This document shows positions 1 to 13,009 of a DNA stretch of 43,547 nucleotides, one piece after another (the stretch's first letter is position 1; each line of letters begins with the position of its first letter). This stretch comes from Octopus bimaculoides. Lineage: Eukaryota. The position numbers and the translations under genes are program-made. The stretch is from contig NC_068985.1 in the NCBI RefSeq assembly GCF_001194135.2, forward strand, positions 28,614,582 to 28,658,128, read 5' to 3'. The notes below the pieces were generated by a model. The model was given only the letters and a program-made list of their open reading frames with translations, made no database searches and was not told the origin of the DNA.

Positions 1-45
<45 letters not shown>

Positions 46-323
46 TACATTTTGTGTACGCATACATATATATACATATATATATAAATATATATGTATG
101 CGTATACTAAATATAGAGATTGAGTATATGGAGGCAATTTCAATAAAGATGTTGTTTGTTTATTAGTGGAAAGAAGATTCAGTGAAGTATAGCTAGTGAA
201 TAATAATTTGGTGTTTTCATCGGAAAACTTTCTATCCAATTTTCTTTACTTCGGTTTCACAAGCACACGCACACGTGCATAAGCGCATCCGTATATGCGT
301 GACATACACAGACACGCAGATAT

Positions 324-359
<36 letters not shown>

Positions 360-496
360 ATACGTGCGTACATTTACATATATATTTGTGTGTGGATGGG
401 TGTGGGTGTGTGCATGTGTGTGTATACACACACTTATTTGGAGTGGGCGTCTGTATATTAGAATATAGAAATACATACGTAGATAAATAGATAGCT

Positions 497-552
<56 letters not shown>

Positions 553-834
553 ACAAACAAACAGACAGACAAACAGATTCATAATCTGTAAATATTTTAC
601 CTGGAGACTAGGAGGAAGAAAAGAAATGCATAATAAAATGAAAAACGAGAGAAAACAAAAAAATAATTAGATAAACGCAAGAGAAGAAGGTGGGTATACA
701 AAAGAGAAACAGATGGGAAAATAAAACACATCTGGTCGAACGAAACGTAAATAACAATGTCTGTATTTCTGTGTTTACGTGTGTGCAGGTTTGTATGGAA
801 ACAAATTTTCATGTATCACTATGTAAATATACAG

Positions 835-922
<88 letters not shown>
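1..922. repeat. Microsatellite cluster: (TA)n 1-41, (AT)n about 325-355, compound (GATA)(GA)(AAAC) about 483-570, (TA)n(TG)n 845-922 running into a gap
   Basis: Read directly from the sequence. Confidence 0.95.
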
Positions 923-1468
923 NNNNNNNNNNNNNNNNNNNNNNNNNNNNNNNNNNNNNNNNNNNNNNNNNNNNNNNNNNNNNNNNNNNNNNNNNNNNNN
1001 NNNNNNNNNNNNNNNNNNNNNNNNNNNNNNNNNNNNNNNNNNNNNNNNNNNNNNNNNNNNNNNNNNNNNNNNNNNNNNNNNNNNNNNNNNNNNNNNNNNN
1101 NNNNNNNNNNNNNNNNNNNNNNNNNNNNNNNNNNNNNNNNNNNNNNNNNNNNNNNNNNNNNNNNNNNNNNNNNNNNNNNNNNNNNNNNNNNNNNNNNNNN
1201 NNNNNNNNNNNNNNNNNNNNNNNNNNNNNNNNNNNNNNNNNNNNNNNNNNNNNNNNNNNNNNNNNNNNNNNNNNNNNNNNNNNNNNNNNNNNNNNNNNNN
1301 NNNNNNNNNNNNNNNNNNNNNNNNNNNNNNNNNNNNNNNNNNNNNNNNNNNNNNNNNNNNNNNNNNNNNNNNNNNNNNNNNNNNNNNNNNNNNNNNNNNN
1401 NNNNNNNNNNNNNNNNNNNNNNNNNNNNNNNNNNNNNNNNNNNNNNNNNNNNNNNNNNNNNNNNNNNN

Positions 1469-1556
1469 ACACTTGCCCAAGGTGCCATGCAATGGGACTG
1501 AACCGGAACCATGTGGTTGGTAAGCCAGCTACTTGCCACACAGCCACTCCGGCTCC
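1469..1556 (-). mobile_element. SINE family A (tRNA-derived, CORE-like), 5' head; remainder lost in the gap
   Basis: Minus strand reads GGAGTGGCTGTGTGGCAAGTAG...GGTTCAGTCCCATTGCATGGCACCTTGGGCAAGT, giving A-box, B-box and a CORE-like CCTTGGGCAAGT. Matches the heads at 15500 and 26080. Confidence 0.85.
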
Positions 1557-1577
1557 TATACATATAATATATATGAC

Positions 1578-1638
<61 letters not shown>

Positions 1639-2769
1639 TTGTGTGTGTTTTTGTGTACGTGCACACGCACATACACGCACATACACACACTTTGTGTTTG
1701 ACGGAGTTTGTGCATGTATGTGCAAATGTATGTTCGTGCGTGCACACGCCTCTGTGTGTGTGCGTGCGTGCGTGCGTGCGTGCGTGCGTGTGTATACATG
1801 AGCATGTAATTCGATTTCTTATTGAGAGGAATAAACTTGTGTGCAATTGAAAGTTTTCTCAAGGCCACAGGTGATGTGATTTGACAGCGGTCAGAAAACA
1901 AAACCGGCTTTGCAATACGGACTCCACATTGCAAGACACACACATACACACACACACACAAACACACACACAAACACGCATTCATATGCGTACACATGTA
2001 CACAGCGAGCGTGATATATCTATTTCACTGTTTGCTGTCATGCATGAATAAGTATTTTCTTCTATGGCATCAATCTCTGCAAATAGCATGAATGCATTTC
2101 TGGAATATGTATGTAATTCTAAGTGAGTGAGTGCGTGTCTGTGCATAAATGTATATGTGTGTATAGATTTATAAGTTCGTACATATATATATATATATAN
2201 NNNNNNNNNNNNNNNNNNNNNNNNNNNNNNNNNNNNNNNNNNNNNNNNNNNNNNNNNNNNNNNNNNNNNNNNNNNNNNNNNNNNNNNNNNNNNNNNNNNN
2301 NNNNNNNNNNNNNNNNNNNNNNNNNNNNNNNNNNNNNNNNNNNNNNNNNNNNNNNNNNNNNNNNNNNNNNNNNNNNNNNNNNNNNNNNNNNNNNNNNNNN
2401 NNNNNNNNNNNNNNNNNNNNNNNNNNNNNNNNNNNNNNNNNNNNNNNNNNNNNNNNNNNNNNNNNNNNNNNNNNNNNNNNNNNNNNNNNNNNNNNNNNNN
2501 NNNNNNNNNNNNNNNNNNNNNNNNNNNNNNNNNNNNNNNNNNNNNNNNNNNNNNNNNNNNNNNNNNNNNNNNNNNNNNNNNNNNNNNNNNNNNNNNNNNN
2601 NNNNNNNNNNNNNNNNNNNNNNNNNNNNNNNNNNNNNNNNNNNNNNNNNNNNNNNNNNNNNNNNNNNNNNNNNNNNNNNNNNNNNNNNNNNNNNNNNNNN
2701 NNNNNNNNNNNNNNNNNNNNNNNNNNNNNNNNNNNNNNNNNNNNNNNNNNNNNNNNNTGTATGTATATG

Positions 2770-3620
2770 CAGCATGCGATGGGTAAATTGTTGCCATTTA
2801 TACTTTAAATATTGCGCATGCGCATTTTTTTTGTTTTTGTTAATCTGTCAACTACACATTTTAGTAAGTTCACTTGAGCACCGTCTATGAGAAAAAAAAA
2901 CAATACTATAATGCAATTCACTCTGCCAGAAATTTGGAAACGACATGCTGTACTGCTTGGCATTCCCACTGGAAGCTCCAATACGGACATTTTATAGTGT
3001 TTGGATGTCAATCTCAGGACATGTACAGAGAGTCTTAAAAATCAAACACCCGGTCAACATCATCATGATTACGTTATGCCTCTATTCATCTTCCCACACG
3101 GCCTCAGACTCAACACGGAGGCCTATATCAAGTGCCTGGAGGAGCTAGTGCTGCTCTGGGTCAAGAGGGAGTTTGCTGGAATAGCCTACGTCTGGCAACA
3201 GGACTCTGTACCCTGCCACACAAGCAGGAGAACCCTCTCATGGCTGTCTGACAATTTCTGCGACCACATCACTCCTAACAGCTGACCACCTAACTTCCCA
3301 AACTGCAACTCCTTTGATTATTATATGTGGGGCGCAGTTGAGACCAACAAAACTCCATGTAACGCCAAAGATGAACTGAAGGCAAGGATTCTGGCAGCAT
3401 TCAGCAATTTAATCAAGGTGACCGTCCAGAAGAATTGCAGGAGATTCCGAAGTCATCTGGAAGCCGTGGCTGAAGCTAATGGCGATTTTATTGAATAAAT
3501 TTACTCTTAGTATTTCAAGATAGTTTTATGTAATTTTGCTAAATATATCTGTTAAAGTGAGATGTTAGTGTTATTTTCATTTTTGCGTAATTTGGACGAC
3601 AATATATTCACCGCACCCGG
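2770..3620 (+). mobile_element. Internally deleted Tc1/mariner-superfamily DNA transposon of DD37D (maT) type
   Basis: Imperfect 26-bp TIRs at 2770-2795 and 3595-3620 (17/26 match), with TA at 3621-3622. An N-terminal relic (MQFTLPEIWKRHAVLLGI...) is joined to a catalytic C-terminus, VWQQDSVPCH...*PPNFPNCNSFDYYMWG, which has exactly 37 residues between the two Asp. Confidence 0.9.
3067..3498 (+). pseudogene. DD37D transposase C-terminal relic with an in-frame TGA at 3283-3285 (conserved Trp position) and terminal TAA at 3496-3498
   Basis: Single frame: DYVMPLFIFPHGLRLNTEAYIKCLEELVLLWVKREFAGIAYVWQQDSVPCHTSRRTLSWLSDNFCDHITPNS*PPNFPNCNSFDYYMWGAVETNKTPCNAKDELKARILAAFSNLIKVTVQKNCRRFRSHLEAVAEANGDFIE*. 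The region holding the first catalytic Asp is deleted. Confidence 0.88.
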
Positions 3621-3621
3621 T

Positions 3622-3653
<32 letters not shown>

Positions 3654-4114
3654 GAAGAATCGAGATCCTTTTCAAGGATTCTGTGACTGGTGATGCGAAA
3701 GGAGAAGTTCTTCTAAGAGTAGTGTAGGTGAATCTCTAAAATAGTTTGGATCAAGCTCATTCACTAACACAGAAATAAGTTTCCATAACGAGGATATATA
3801 AACAGTAATAAAATTATCATGCACATACACAAAAATAACATCTTTGATCTTCTATTTAATCTCAACTTTAGATAAATAGCTCCGTCACTGATTTTAAAAT
3901 AGCATAATTTGATGCACATAACGAAACATAATAGATTAACCTTGAAGACAATGCGCAATCTTTTATATTGGCTTCTACTATCTAGACACGTGACTCCAGA
4001 TATAAAAGGGATGCAGAAAGGAATGATAGGAACATATCACCACAGACCTTTCTTAAAGACATTTGTGACGTACGTAAATGCTTCGTATAAATATGAAACC
4101 TAAATCATAAATTC

Positions 4115-4172
4115 AACTCCTCAGAAAATTGCCCCTCCTAAGGAAAACTCCGCAGAAAATTGCCCCTCTTAA
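4115..4172. repeat. 27-bp tandem direct repeat (period 31)
   Basis: AACTCCTCAGAAAATTGCCCCTCCTAA versus AACTCCGCAGAAAATTGCCCCTCTTAA, 2 mismatches. Confidence 0.9.
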
Positions 4173-5032
4173 CGAAGCATATTGTTATGTTTGCTGATAT
4201 TAGCTAGCGTTATTGTTAACGTTTAATCCTTTATAGAATAATGAATTTTGTGTGGCCTTTCTATTGTTTAGTTTAGATTAGCTTTAATGCGAATCTGCAC
4301 AACCAAATAGTAATACATGTATTTTCATGTCCATGGCTGTTTTCTGACATGATACACCTGTTTCCTAATTTACTACTTTATTACGACATTATTTCTTTAT
4401 TACTTCAATGTTTTATAATCCTGATTGATGACAAACACCAACTTAAACTGAATATGTTTCATGCATTCGAAAAATGTAGGAAATTTTCTCTGTTCTTACT
4501 TGACGGTTCATCAAAAAAGCGCTCGAACAACGGATAAGAATGTTATATACATGATTATATTACACACACACATACACACACACAGATATATANNNNNNNN
4601 NNNNNNNNNNNNNNNNNNNNNNNNNNNNNNNNNNNNNNNNNNNNNNNNNNNNNNNNNNNNNNNNNNNNNNNNNNNNNNNNNNNNNNNNNNNNNNNNNNNN
4701 NNNNNNNNNNNNNNNNNNNNNNNNNNNNNNNNNNNNNNNNNNNNNNNNNNNNNNNNNNNNNNNNNNNNNNNNNNNNNNNNNNNNNNNNNNNNNNNNNNNN
4801 NNNNNNNNNNNNNNNNNNNNNNNNNNNNNNNNNNNNNNNNNNNNNNNNNNNNNNNNNNNNNNNNNNNNNNNNNNNNNNNNNNNNNNNNNNNNNNNNNNNN
4901 NNNNNNNNNNNNNNNNNNNNNNNNNNNNNNNNNNNNNNNNNNNNNNNNNNNNNNNNNNNNNNNNNNNNNNNNNNNNNNNNNNNNNNNNNNNNNNNNNNNN
5001 NNNNNNNNNNNNNNNNNNNNNNNNNNNNNNNN

Positions 5033-5084
<52 letters not shown>

Positions 5085-7279
5085 ATGCATATATAATGTC
5101 CGTGCAGGCATAGGTTTGTGTGTCCAGCTTATGTCGTGCATCATTACAGAAAATGCATAATTCCATCATTTATTTTGATGGTATTTCAGGTTCTAATGCA
5201 TTTCATGATTAGAAGAAAAAACTATAACAGAAATGCAAATGCAACAACTTATCTAGCGTTCAAAGAAATTCATTGGACGAGCTTTAGAATGTTGCTAGTT
5301 TCCTGGTAAGTCCTTGCCTATGACAGGTTTGTATTTGAAACTGTACCCAGTACCACCTTATATACTTGTCGTAAATGTTCCATCATATAAAGCGCTTCTT
5401 GACACACAAATTCGAAGTGCTGTAAAGTGTCCTTTCAGTGTTAAGGACAATATTTTACTGATAGTGTCCTTCATTTTGTATACCTTTCGAAACAAAGGCA
5501 TTATTCACTCTATATATATAAATATCTAGAACAGACATGTTTCATCCTCACCTGATTCGAGAATTATTTATCAGCAGGATAATATAGCAGTTACAACAGC
5601 TATGAACACAGTTAATTGATTTTTTTTTTCGTTATGTCAAGTTTGTCTATAACACCACTTCATGTATCCATTTCATCGCATAGAAAATGTTTATAAATGT
5701 TTTAAGATATGTACAGAGAAAATGAGAGAGACAGAGACAGAGAGAAACAGCGAGAAAGAGGGAGATATATAGAAAGAGTGAGAGTGCAAGAGAAGTAGAT
5801 CGTTGTATTTGGCTATTAATAATAAACTTCTATTTCCATTTTATTTCAGCTCACATGACAACCGAAAGTATTAACCATTGAAGTAATATTGGAAGAAACG
5901 AGAAATTTATGGATACTGTACAAGGAAATAGCACGGAAATTTCAGCGTAAATTTTGTTGTACGAATCATGGGAAAGTATTTTTACTCAAACAAATTTAGG
6001 ACAGTTTGCTTGAAACTGTCAAGAACTTGGACACTTTGATTTCAGTTTAACACTCATAGAAAAAGAAAAAAATTGAAATCATAGGAGCGAAATCAAATTT
6101 CTAGGAGCGATAACAAATCTAATTTCTATCAGAATGTTGAATGTGTCCAAATTTGGCCTAACCGGATTGTTCATTTTACGTCAGATGTACATTTTAGTGG
6201 CTGGTAAGTTAAAGAACTTTTCGTTTACGATTTTATAATCATTTTTCGTTTTCCAAGCTTTGTGAAATAACATTGCTTATCAAATGAACCTAACATGTTT
6301 GACAGCATGCGATATAAAAATTTGTTTGCATTTTTAAAGTGGGAAAAGACTTGCTTTGGATTCTCTACTTTTTGGTGGAATGGTAAGGGAGCTAGCATGA
6401 TATGCAGTATGCCATGTGCTGTTTTAGACCAGGTCTGACCACATCCGATTTCTTGCAGGAGAGCAGAGACAGGAAGAAGAGAAGAAGGAAAGAAATAGGA
6501 AAATCAATCCCAGTACCGTGCAAGCATTTTTTTATTGACCCCGAGAGGATAAAGTGTATCATGTAGACAGTCGGATAGATGAACTTAAAGCAATCTATCT
6601 GATGTTAGAACGATTCTGCCAATTGACCTGAAATGGTTCGTGCCTCTGACAGAACCATAAAGGTTCGCATTACATTCCATACAACTTTTAATATGTCTAA
6701 TAAACACCGGAGTATTAAAAACCTAGTGTGATCTGCGTCGGCACATAGTATTATTTAAAATTCCACAAATGCGGATTGATTCGTATGTGGAGGGGGAGTC
6801 AAAATTTCTAGTCAGGATTCCTGTTACCAAGGTATATGAAAGTATCCAAATTCCTTAAATTTAAACAACGTTAGAGTTCTATTTAGTATTTAGTTCAGCC
6901 ATCCAGTTGCAGGACGCAAGGACAACAAAATTCCATCTATAATATAGTGATTTTAATTGAAGCAATTATAGCTTCTATCTCACTTATTTCTGATCTAATG
7001 TTCCGTAAATTACTTGGTTTTTATTATCACAGTTAAACTTCTTATTTTACTAAAAGGCACAGTCATCCTGGACTCGACTGAACGCATTATTTTAAGGAAT
7101 GTTACTAAATATGGCAAGGTTAAGCTCGCTACAAATTTTGTCCCTATGTATAATATTCTGACTCTATGTATAATACTATTTTTTTCTTATACGGACACTA
7201 GGTCAAATATTATTCGGCGTAGGTAGTTAAGCACGCATAATATACTGGTCTTCATTGCTGTTATTAGAGATCTACTGAT

Positions 7280-7520
7280 TTTAATTCTCACAATTAGACC
7301 TTCTCCATACCTTGTGTCTTACCCGATCATCCATAACTTATTGGTTTTACTTGTCACAATTAGACATTTTCCATTGTTTATTTTTATTCTGACTATCCAT
7401 GATACAGTGTCTTTAATTGTTCCAATTTTAATTTATGTGGTGTTTATTTCTTATCTGACTATCCATAATATACCGATTCAAATTGTCAAAATTAGACATT
7501 CTCCATCGCTTATTTTTGAT
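7280..7520. repeat. Degenerate minisatellite, 66-bp period, about 4 units
   Basis: TTGT(C)ACAATT-like anchors at 7351, 7417 and 7483, TCACAATTAGAC at 7288 and 7354, and (C)TGACTATCCAT-like anchors at 7323, 7389 and 7455, all exactly 66 apart. Confidence 0.8.
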
Positions 7521-7906
7521 GTAGTTGCTAATGTTAGAAATCATTATCGAATCGCTGATGGTGAAAAATTGGTAAAATCGTTAGACGTCGGAAAAATGTC
7601 TTGCCTATTGAACTATGTTCGTAATCTGCGTTCTAGTTGAAGTCATTTCCGTTCATGAAAATCAGCGCTGCAGGCTTAAAAAAGTTTTTTAGTGTTACAG
7701 AATCTTTCATCACTGTATAAATATTTGACGTTCTGCTTCTGACAATTCCGTCGAATAAAGTATCGGCAGCACGTCATTGCTAAAGAAGCTGAACCCGGGT
7801 TCACAGTATGAATCTTGTCATTTTCAAATATCTTGACGACTTGATGCGTCAGATAAAAACGAATCAGTAAATGATAAACAAGGCAAGCAAGCACATAAAA
7901 ACACTG

Positions 7907-7973
7907 GCACACACAGGTCTGTACATGCGCACACACAGGTCTGTACATGCGCACACACAGGTCACGAACATGC
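7907..7973. repeat. 22-bp tandem repeat, about 3 copies (GCACACACAGGTCTGTACATGC)
   Basis: Two exact copies plus one diverged copy. Confidence 0.9.
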
Positions 7974-9492
7974 GCACAAGAACATACATTCAGAAGTACG
8001 CATTCTCAAACCAAGTAATTATGAGCAAACAAGTACGTCACTATGTAACCATTCAACATACCAAAAATAGCATTCAAATCTTTAAATAGACCCTAACACT
8101 ACACAAAAGGGAATGTCATGTTGGATAATATCAGTACTGGATATACGAAGTGGTATAATGACCAACAATGGAATAGGTCATAATTCTATTGATAAGACCA
8201 CAGCGGGAGTTATGCAACATCAAAGACAAATGCATCTCTGCTGCGCTATCAATTTTGTCTAAATTGTACGAGATCAGACTAAAGAACAACTAATTCGAGT
8301 TAAAATTCACAAGGAGAGTGCATATTCTTCTTTCTTTAATATTCATAACAACCTTGAAATTTTCTGTCTTCATCTTCTAGGTTAGATTTATGTTTCATTT
8401 ACATAGCTGTAAAGTTGACATTCCACATGCATACATGTATGCATATATATATATATATATATATATANNNNNNNNNNNNNNNNNNNNNNNNNNNNNNNNN
8501 NNNNNNNNNNNNNNNNNNNNNNNNNNNNNNNNNNNNNNNNNNNNNNNNNNNNNNNNNNNNNNNNNNNNNNNNNNNNNNNNNNNNNNNNNNNNNNNNNNNN
8601 NNNNNNNNNNNNNNNNNNNNNNNNNNNNNNNNNNNNNNNNNNNNNNNNNNNNNNNNNNNNNNNNNNNNNNNNNNNNNNNNNNNNNNNNNNNNNNNNNNNN
8701 NNNNNNNNNNNNNNNNNNNNNNNNNNNNNNNNNNNNNNNNNNNNNNNNNNNNNNNNNNNNNNNNNNNNNNNNNNNNNNNNNNNNNNNNNNNNNNNNNNNN
8801 NNNNNNNNNNNNNNNNNNNNNNNNNNNNNNNNNNNNNNNNNNNNNNNNNNNNNNNNNNNNNNNNNNNNNNNNNNNNNNNNNNNNNNNNNNNNNNNNNNNN
8901 NNNNNNNNNNNNNNNNNNNNNNNNNNNNNNNNNNNNNNNNNNNNNNNNNNNNNNNNNNNNNNNNNNNNNNNNNNNNNNNNNNNNNNNNNNNNNNNNNNNN
9001 NNNNNNNNNNNNNNNNNNNNNNNNNNNNNNNNNNNNNNNNNNNNNNNNNNNNNNNNNNNNNNNNNNNNNNNNNNNNNNNNNNNNNNNNNNNNNNNNNNAT
9101 TATATATGTATACATTTATGAATATACGTACATTTATATCTGTGTGTGCGCGTGCGTGTGTGTCTGTGCGTGTATGCGCGTGTATCGTGCGTTAATCTGT
9201 AGAATTTGAAAAGTTACTCGAGTGCCGGGAATTTCATGCTTGGCACTTACCGAAACAAATACGTGCTTTGCACGAAGCGTTCACCATTTGAATCATTTTG
9301 TAACTTCTGCCGATTAAAACTTTTGATAAAAATATATACATACTCATGTTTTAAGTTGTATCCATCCTTTTTGTACTGCCAAACTGATATACGTATGTAT
9401 GTATGTATGTATGTATGTATATGTTTGTGTGTGTGTGTGTGTGTGTGTGTTTGTATGTATGTGTGTGTATACATAAATGCACGTACGTATAT

Positions 9493-9561
<69 letters not shown>

Positions 9562-10458
9562 GGGGATTCAAACAAATAAACGCTAGCGCCATTTCGCATG
9601 AAATAACTTCCGATCACTCTAAGAAAGTGTTAGAACGAAAAATATCGGAAGCTTTAGTCGACAATTTATTTCGGGTCACCACACTTCAAGTGTTACTGCT
9701 TACGAATATCTGCACAGAAATGGATTTAAATGGGTGGGACACAGATATGTATAAGATTCCTAAAGAAATCAATAAAGAACGTGAGATAATTGTAGCAATT
9801 GGATTAGGAATGTGGAAATGTTTATTTTTTATATATATTTATTTTTAAATAGAATTTTTTGATAGGGAAAAAGAGTATTCATTGCCTTGTTTATTTGACG
9901 TATATTCAGACAAACGGACGCGATGTTGTCGTAGAGAGAGTGACTGTAACATCTGTCCACCTCAATTTTTTCATCTTCTTTTCGTTTTTTCATTTTAAAT
10001 CTTAATATATTAAGTGGCTGAAATCAAATGCCATAGTTTGATGAGCAACTAATGGGAAGATGACAGTGCATTTCTGAGAGATAAAATTTACTGAAAACAT
10101 ATAACGGATATGACGTTTTTTGGGTTCTTTTTCTTTTTTTTTTTTTTTTGCGTTTTCCGAGAGAGAAGTTTACTGCTAGAATATTTAACTCATTTTAATG
10201 TGTTTTATAATTTTGCAGCAAGTTGAAATTTAAAAAAACACAAAAAGGCGATACAGAAAAATTCCAATAAACGTTGATCTTGTTGACTGAAAGTTGTGAC
10301 AACTTAAAACGACAAGCAAGACATCGACCGAACTTTAAGGTTAATAATATCTCCTTGAAATATAGGATTCAGTTTTGAATCAATAAGTTTGAGCAAGAGT
10401 TCCGTAGCAGATACCTCTCCCTCTCTTTGTACCAAAGGTACATACATACATATATGTA

Positions 10459-10517
<59 letters not shown>

Positions 10518-10783
10518 ATATGTATATATGTACACACACACGCATATATATATGTATGTATGTTTGTGTGTATGTATGTATTTTCTCATGTCTTACGAAT
10601 TGGAAGTAAGTACTTGTGCACTGAAAAATATATCCACAGCATTCAAGAGCTCAATTAGTTAACATGGCGTTAAACTCCGATCTCTTATTATTACTTCAAT
10701 GCAGTAATAACAGCAGGAATGATATTGTATAATGTTCAACATTGACTACCTTGCTAAATCATCAGAGCAGAATACTAGCAAGA

Positions 10784-11165
10784 GTGAAGGCGCAATGGCC
10801 CAGTGGTTAGGGCAGCGGACTCGCGGTCATAGGATCGCATTTTCGATTCCCAGACCGGGCGTTGTGAGTGTTTATTGAGCGAAAACACCTAAAGCTCCAC
10901 GAGGCTCCGGCAGGGGATGGTGGCGAACCCTGCTGTACTCTTTCACCACAACTTTCTCTCACTCTTACTTCCTGTTTCTGTTGTGCCTGTAATTCAAAGG
11001 GTCGGCCTTGTCACACTGTGTCACGCTGAATATCCCCGAGAACTACGTTAAGGGTACACGTCTCTGTGGAGTGCTCAGCCACTTGCACGTTAATTTCACG
11101 AGCAGGCTGTTTCGTTGATCTGATCAACTGGAACCCTCGACGTCGTAAGCGACGGAGTGCCAACA
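10784..11165 (+). mobile_element. Full-length tRNA-derived SINE, family C, with a 10-bp target-site duplication
   Basis: A-box TGGCCCAGTGGTTAGG, B-box-like TTTCGATTCCC, tail ...GACGGAGTGCCAACA. TSD ACTAGCAAGA at 10774-10783 and 11166-11175. About 95% identical to the inverted copy at 11969-12357. Confidence 0.95.
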
Positions 11166-11381
11166 ACTAGCAAGAACAGAAACAAAAATTAGAAGGATAT
11201 TTCAAAAATTTCATTTGTTTTGTTATGGACCCGTTTCCATGACTACAACACGATATTGTCAACAATAATTACAAGATTATTGTGGCTACTCAACCAATAT
11301 GGTTTAAAGTGATATAGAAGTCATTTCATCAGGAACAGTTTTACAATATAATCTTAATAAAATTGAGTATATGTGTACGCA

Positions 11382-11413
<32 letters not shown>

Positions 11414-11968
11414 CATAAGTGAGTTTCAGTAATCGAGGTGTAGGAAGAAAGTTAGCTTCAAGCAATCTGTATTAAATATATAAAAAAATCCACGGACAAT
11501 AGTGGTATACTGAGATGCAAAGTTCAGGTTTTTTGTTTTTTTTTTGTATCGAAGAACGATAAGCTGAAAAAAAAGTTTAGAAATAATATATTTCTAAATC
11601 TCTCAGAGAGATTTATGCAGTAGTGATACGATGGAGTAGTTGTAGGCTGTCAACTTAATGTGACAGTCCCTTGAAGGGAATAATACTACTGTTGGTTAGA
11701 CCTAGGAAGCTGCACCGCTTCCTGTCGGCCTTGACACATTTCCTGCGTCTTTATGTCTACAATTGGAAGAGAAGCACTTCCACCCAGCTAAGCCTGCATC
11801 ATGACTGAAGGGGGTCACCTCTTCCTCCTCCTCATTATATATTATATCATATTGTAGTGTGTTATATTATATTATAAAATAAGAGCAGAAAAATTACATC
11901 AAAAAATCATCACAGAAGATATACGTCCAAAATAATATTGTATTAATAGATAGATGTATGAATATATA

Positions 11969-12357
11969 GTGTGTGTGTTGGCACTCCGTCGCTTACGACG
12001 TCGAGGGTTCCAGTTGATTCGATCAACGGAACAGCCTGCTCGTGAAATTAACGTGCAAGTGGCTGAGCACTCCACAGACCAGTGTACCCATAACATAGTT
12101 CTCGGGGATATTCATCGTGACACAGTTTGACAAAGCTGACCCCTTGAATTACAGGCACAACAGAAACAGGAAGTAAGAATGAGAGAAAGTTGTGGTGAAA
12201 GAGTACAGCAGGGTTCACCACCATCCCCTGCCGGAGCGTCGTGGAGCTTTAGGTGTTTTCGCTCAATAAACACTCACAACGCCCAGTCTGGGAATCGAAA
12301 CCGCGATCCTATGACCGCGAGTCCGCTGCCCTAACCACTGGGCCATTGCGCCTCCAC
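11969..12357 (-). mobile_element. Full-length tRNA-derived SINE, family C, with a 13-bp target-site duplication
   Basis: Reverse complement of the 10784 copy (about 20 mismatches in about 380 bp) with an (AC)n tail. TSD GTATGAATATATA at 11956-11968 and 12358-12370. Confidence 0.95.
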
Positions 12358-13009
12358 GTATGAATATATAAGGTATGATTATTTAGAAAGATGTTTAAAA
12401 AGTTAAACAACGTCTTTAGACATCATCTTTTTCATATATTTTTAAATAGCATTCGATTAACTACACGGAAATTCACCCTCTTTCTCTCTGACGAGTAGAT
12501 GTATTACCTAATAATGATTTTCAATTTTAGATTCCATTTCGAAGAGTAATGCATTCATGAAACGCTCGTAAGATATTTTAAGCTTTTAAACTTTTTAAAT
12601 AATCATAATTTATATATTTATACATTTATCTATTAATGCAATATTATTTCGGACGTATATCTTCTGTGATGATTTTTTGATGTAATTTTCCTACTCTTAT
12701 TTTATAATATGATATATAATCCTCCTTATTAAATGTCTAAATACCTTTNNNNNNNNNNNNNNNNNNNNNNNNNNNNNNNNNNNNNNNNNNNNNNNNNNNN
12801 NNNNNNNNNNNNNNNNNNNNNNNNNNNNNNNNNNNNNNNNNNNNNNNNNNNNNNNNNNNNNNNNNNNNNNNNNNNNNNNNNNNNNNNNNNNNNNNNNNNN
12901 NNNNNATATATATATATATAAACGGATTAATCAACAGAGTACAGTGTCTTCAAGTTGATGAGTACCTCATATTCCCCTCCACTCTCTAATTGCTATATAT
13001 ATATATTAT

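Noticed and set aside
5840-5875. Possible 18-nt microexon (TTTCAG|CTCACATGACAACCGAAA|GTATTA)
   Set aside because: Weak donor and no partner exons. Such matches are common in AT-rich DNA.
7790-7803. 14-bp palindrome TGAACCCGGGTTCA (and an 8-bp stem at 6000-6020)
   Set aside because: Palindromes this short are expected by chance in a window of this size. There is no Helitron CTRR end after the hairpin.
10784-10860. SINE heads considered as real tRNA genes
   Set aside because: They continue into long shared SINE bodies with TSDs, and I could not build a convincing cloverleaf.
11590-11830. GC-richer stretch between the inverted SINEs that looks like another interspersed repeat (likewise 33722-33835)
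   Set aside because: Single occurrence in the window with no Pol III boxes, TIRs or TSD that I can demonstrate. It needs a repeat-library search.
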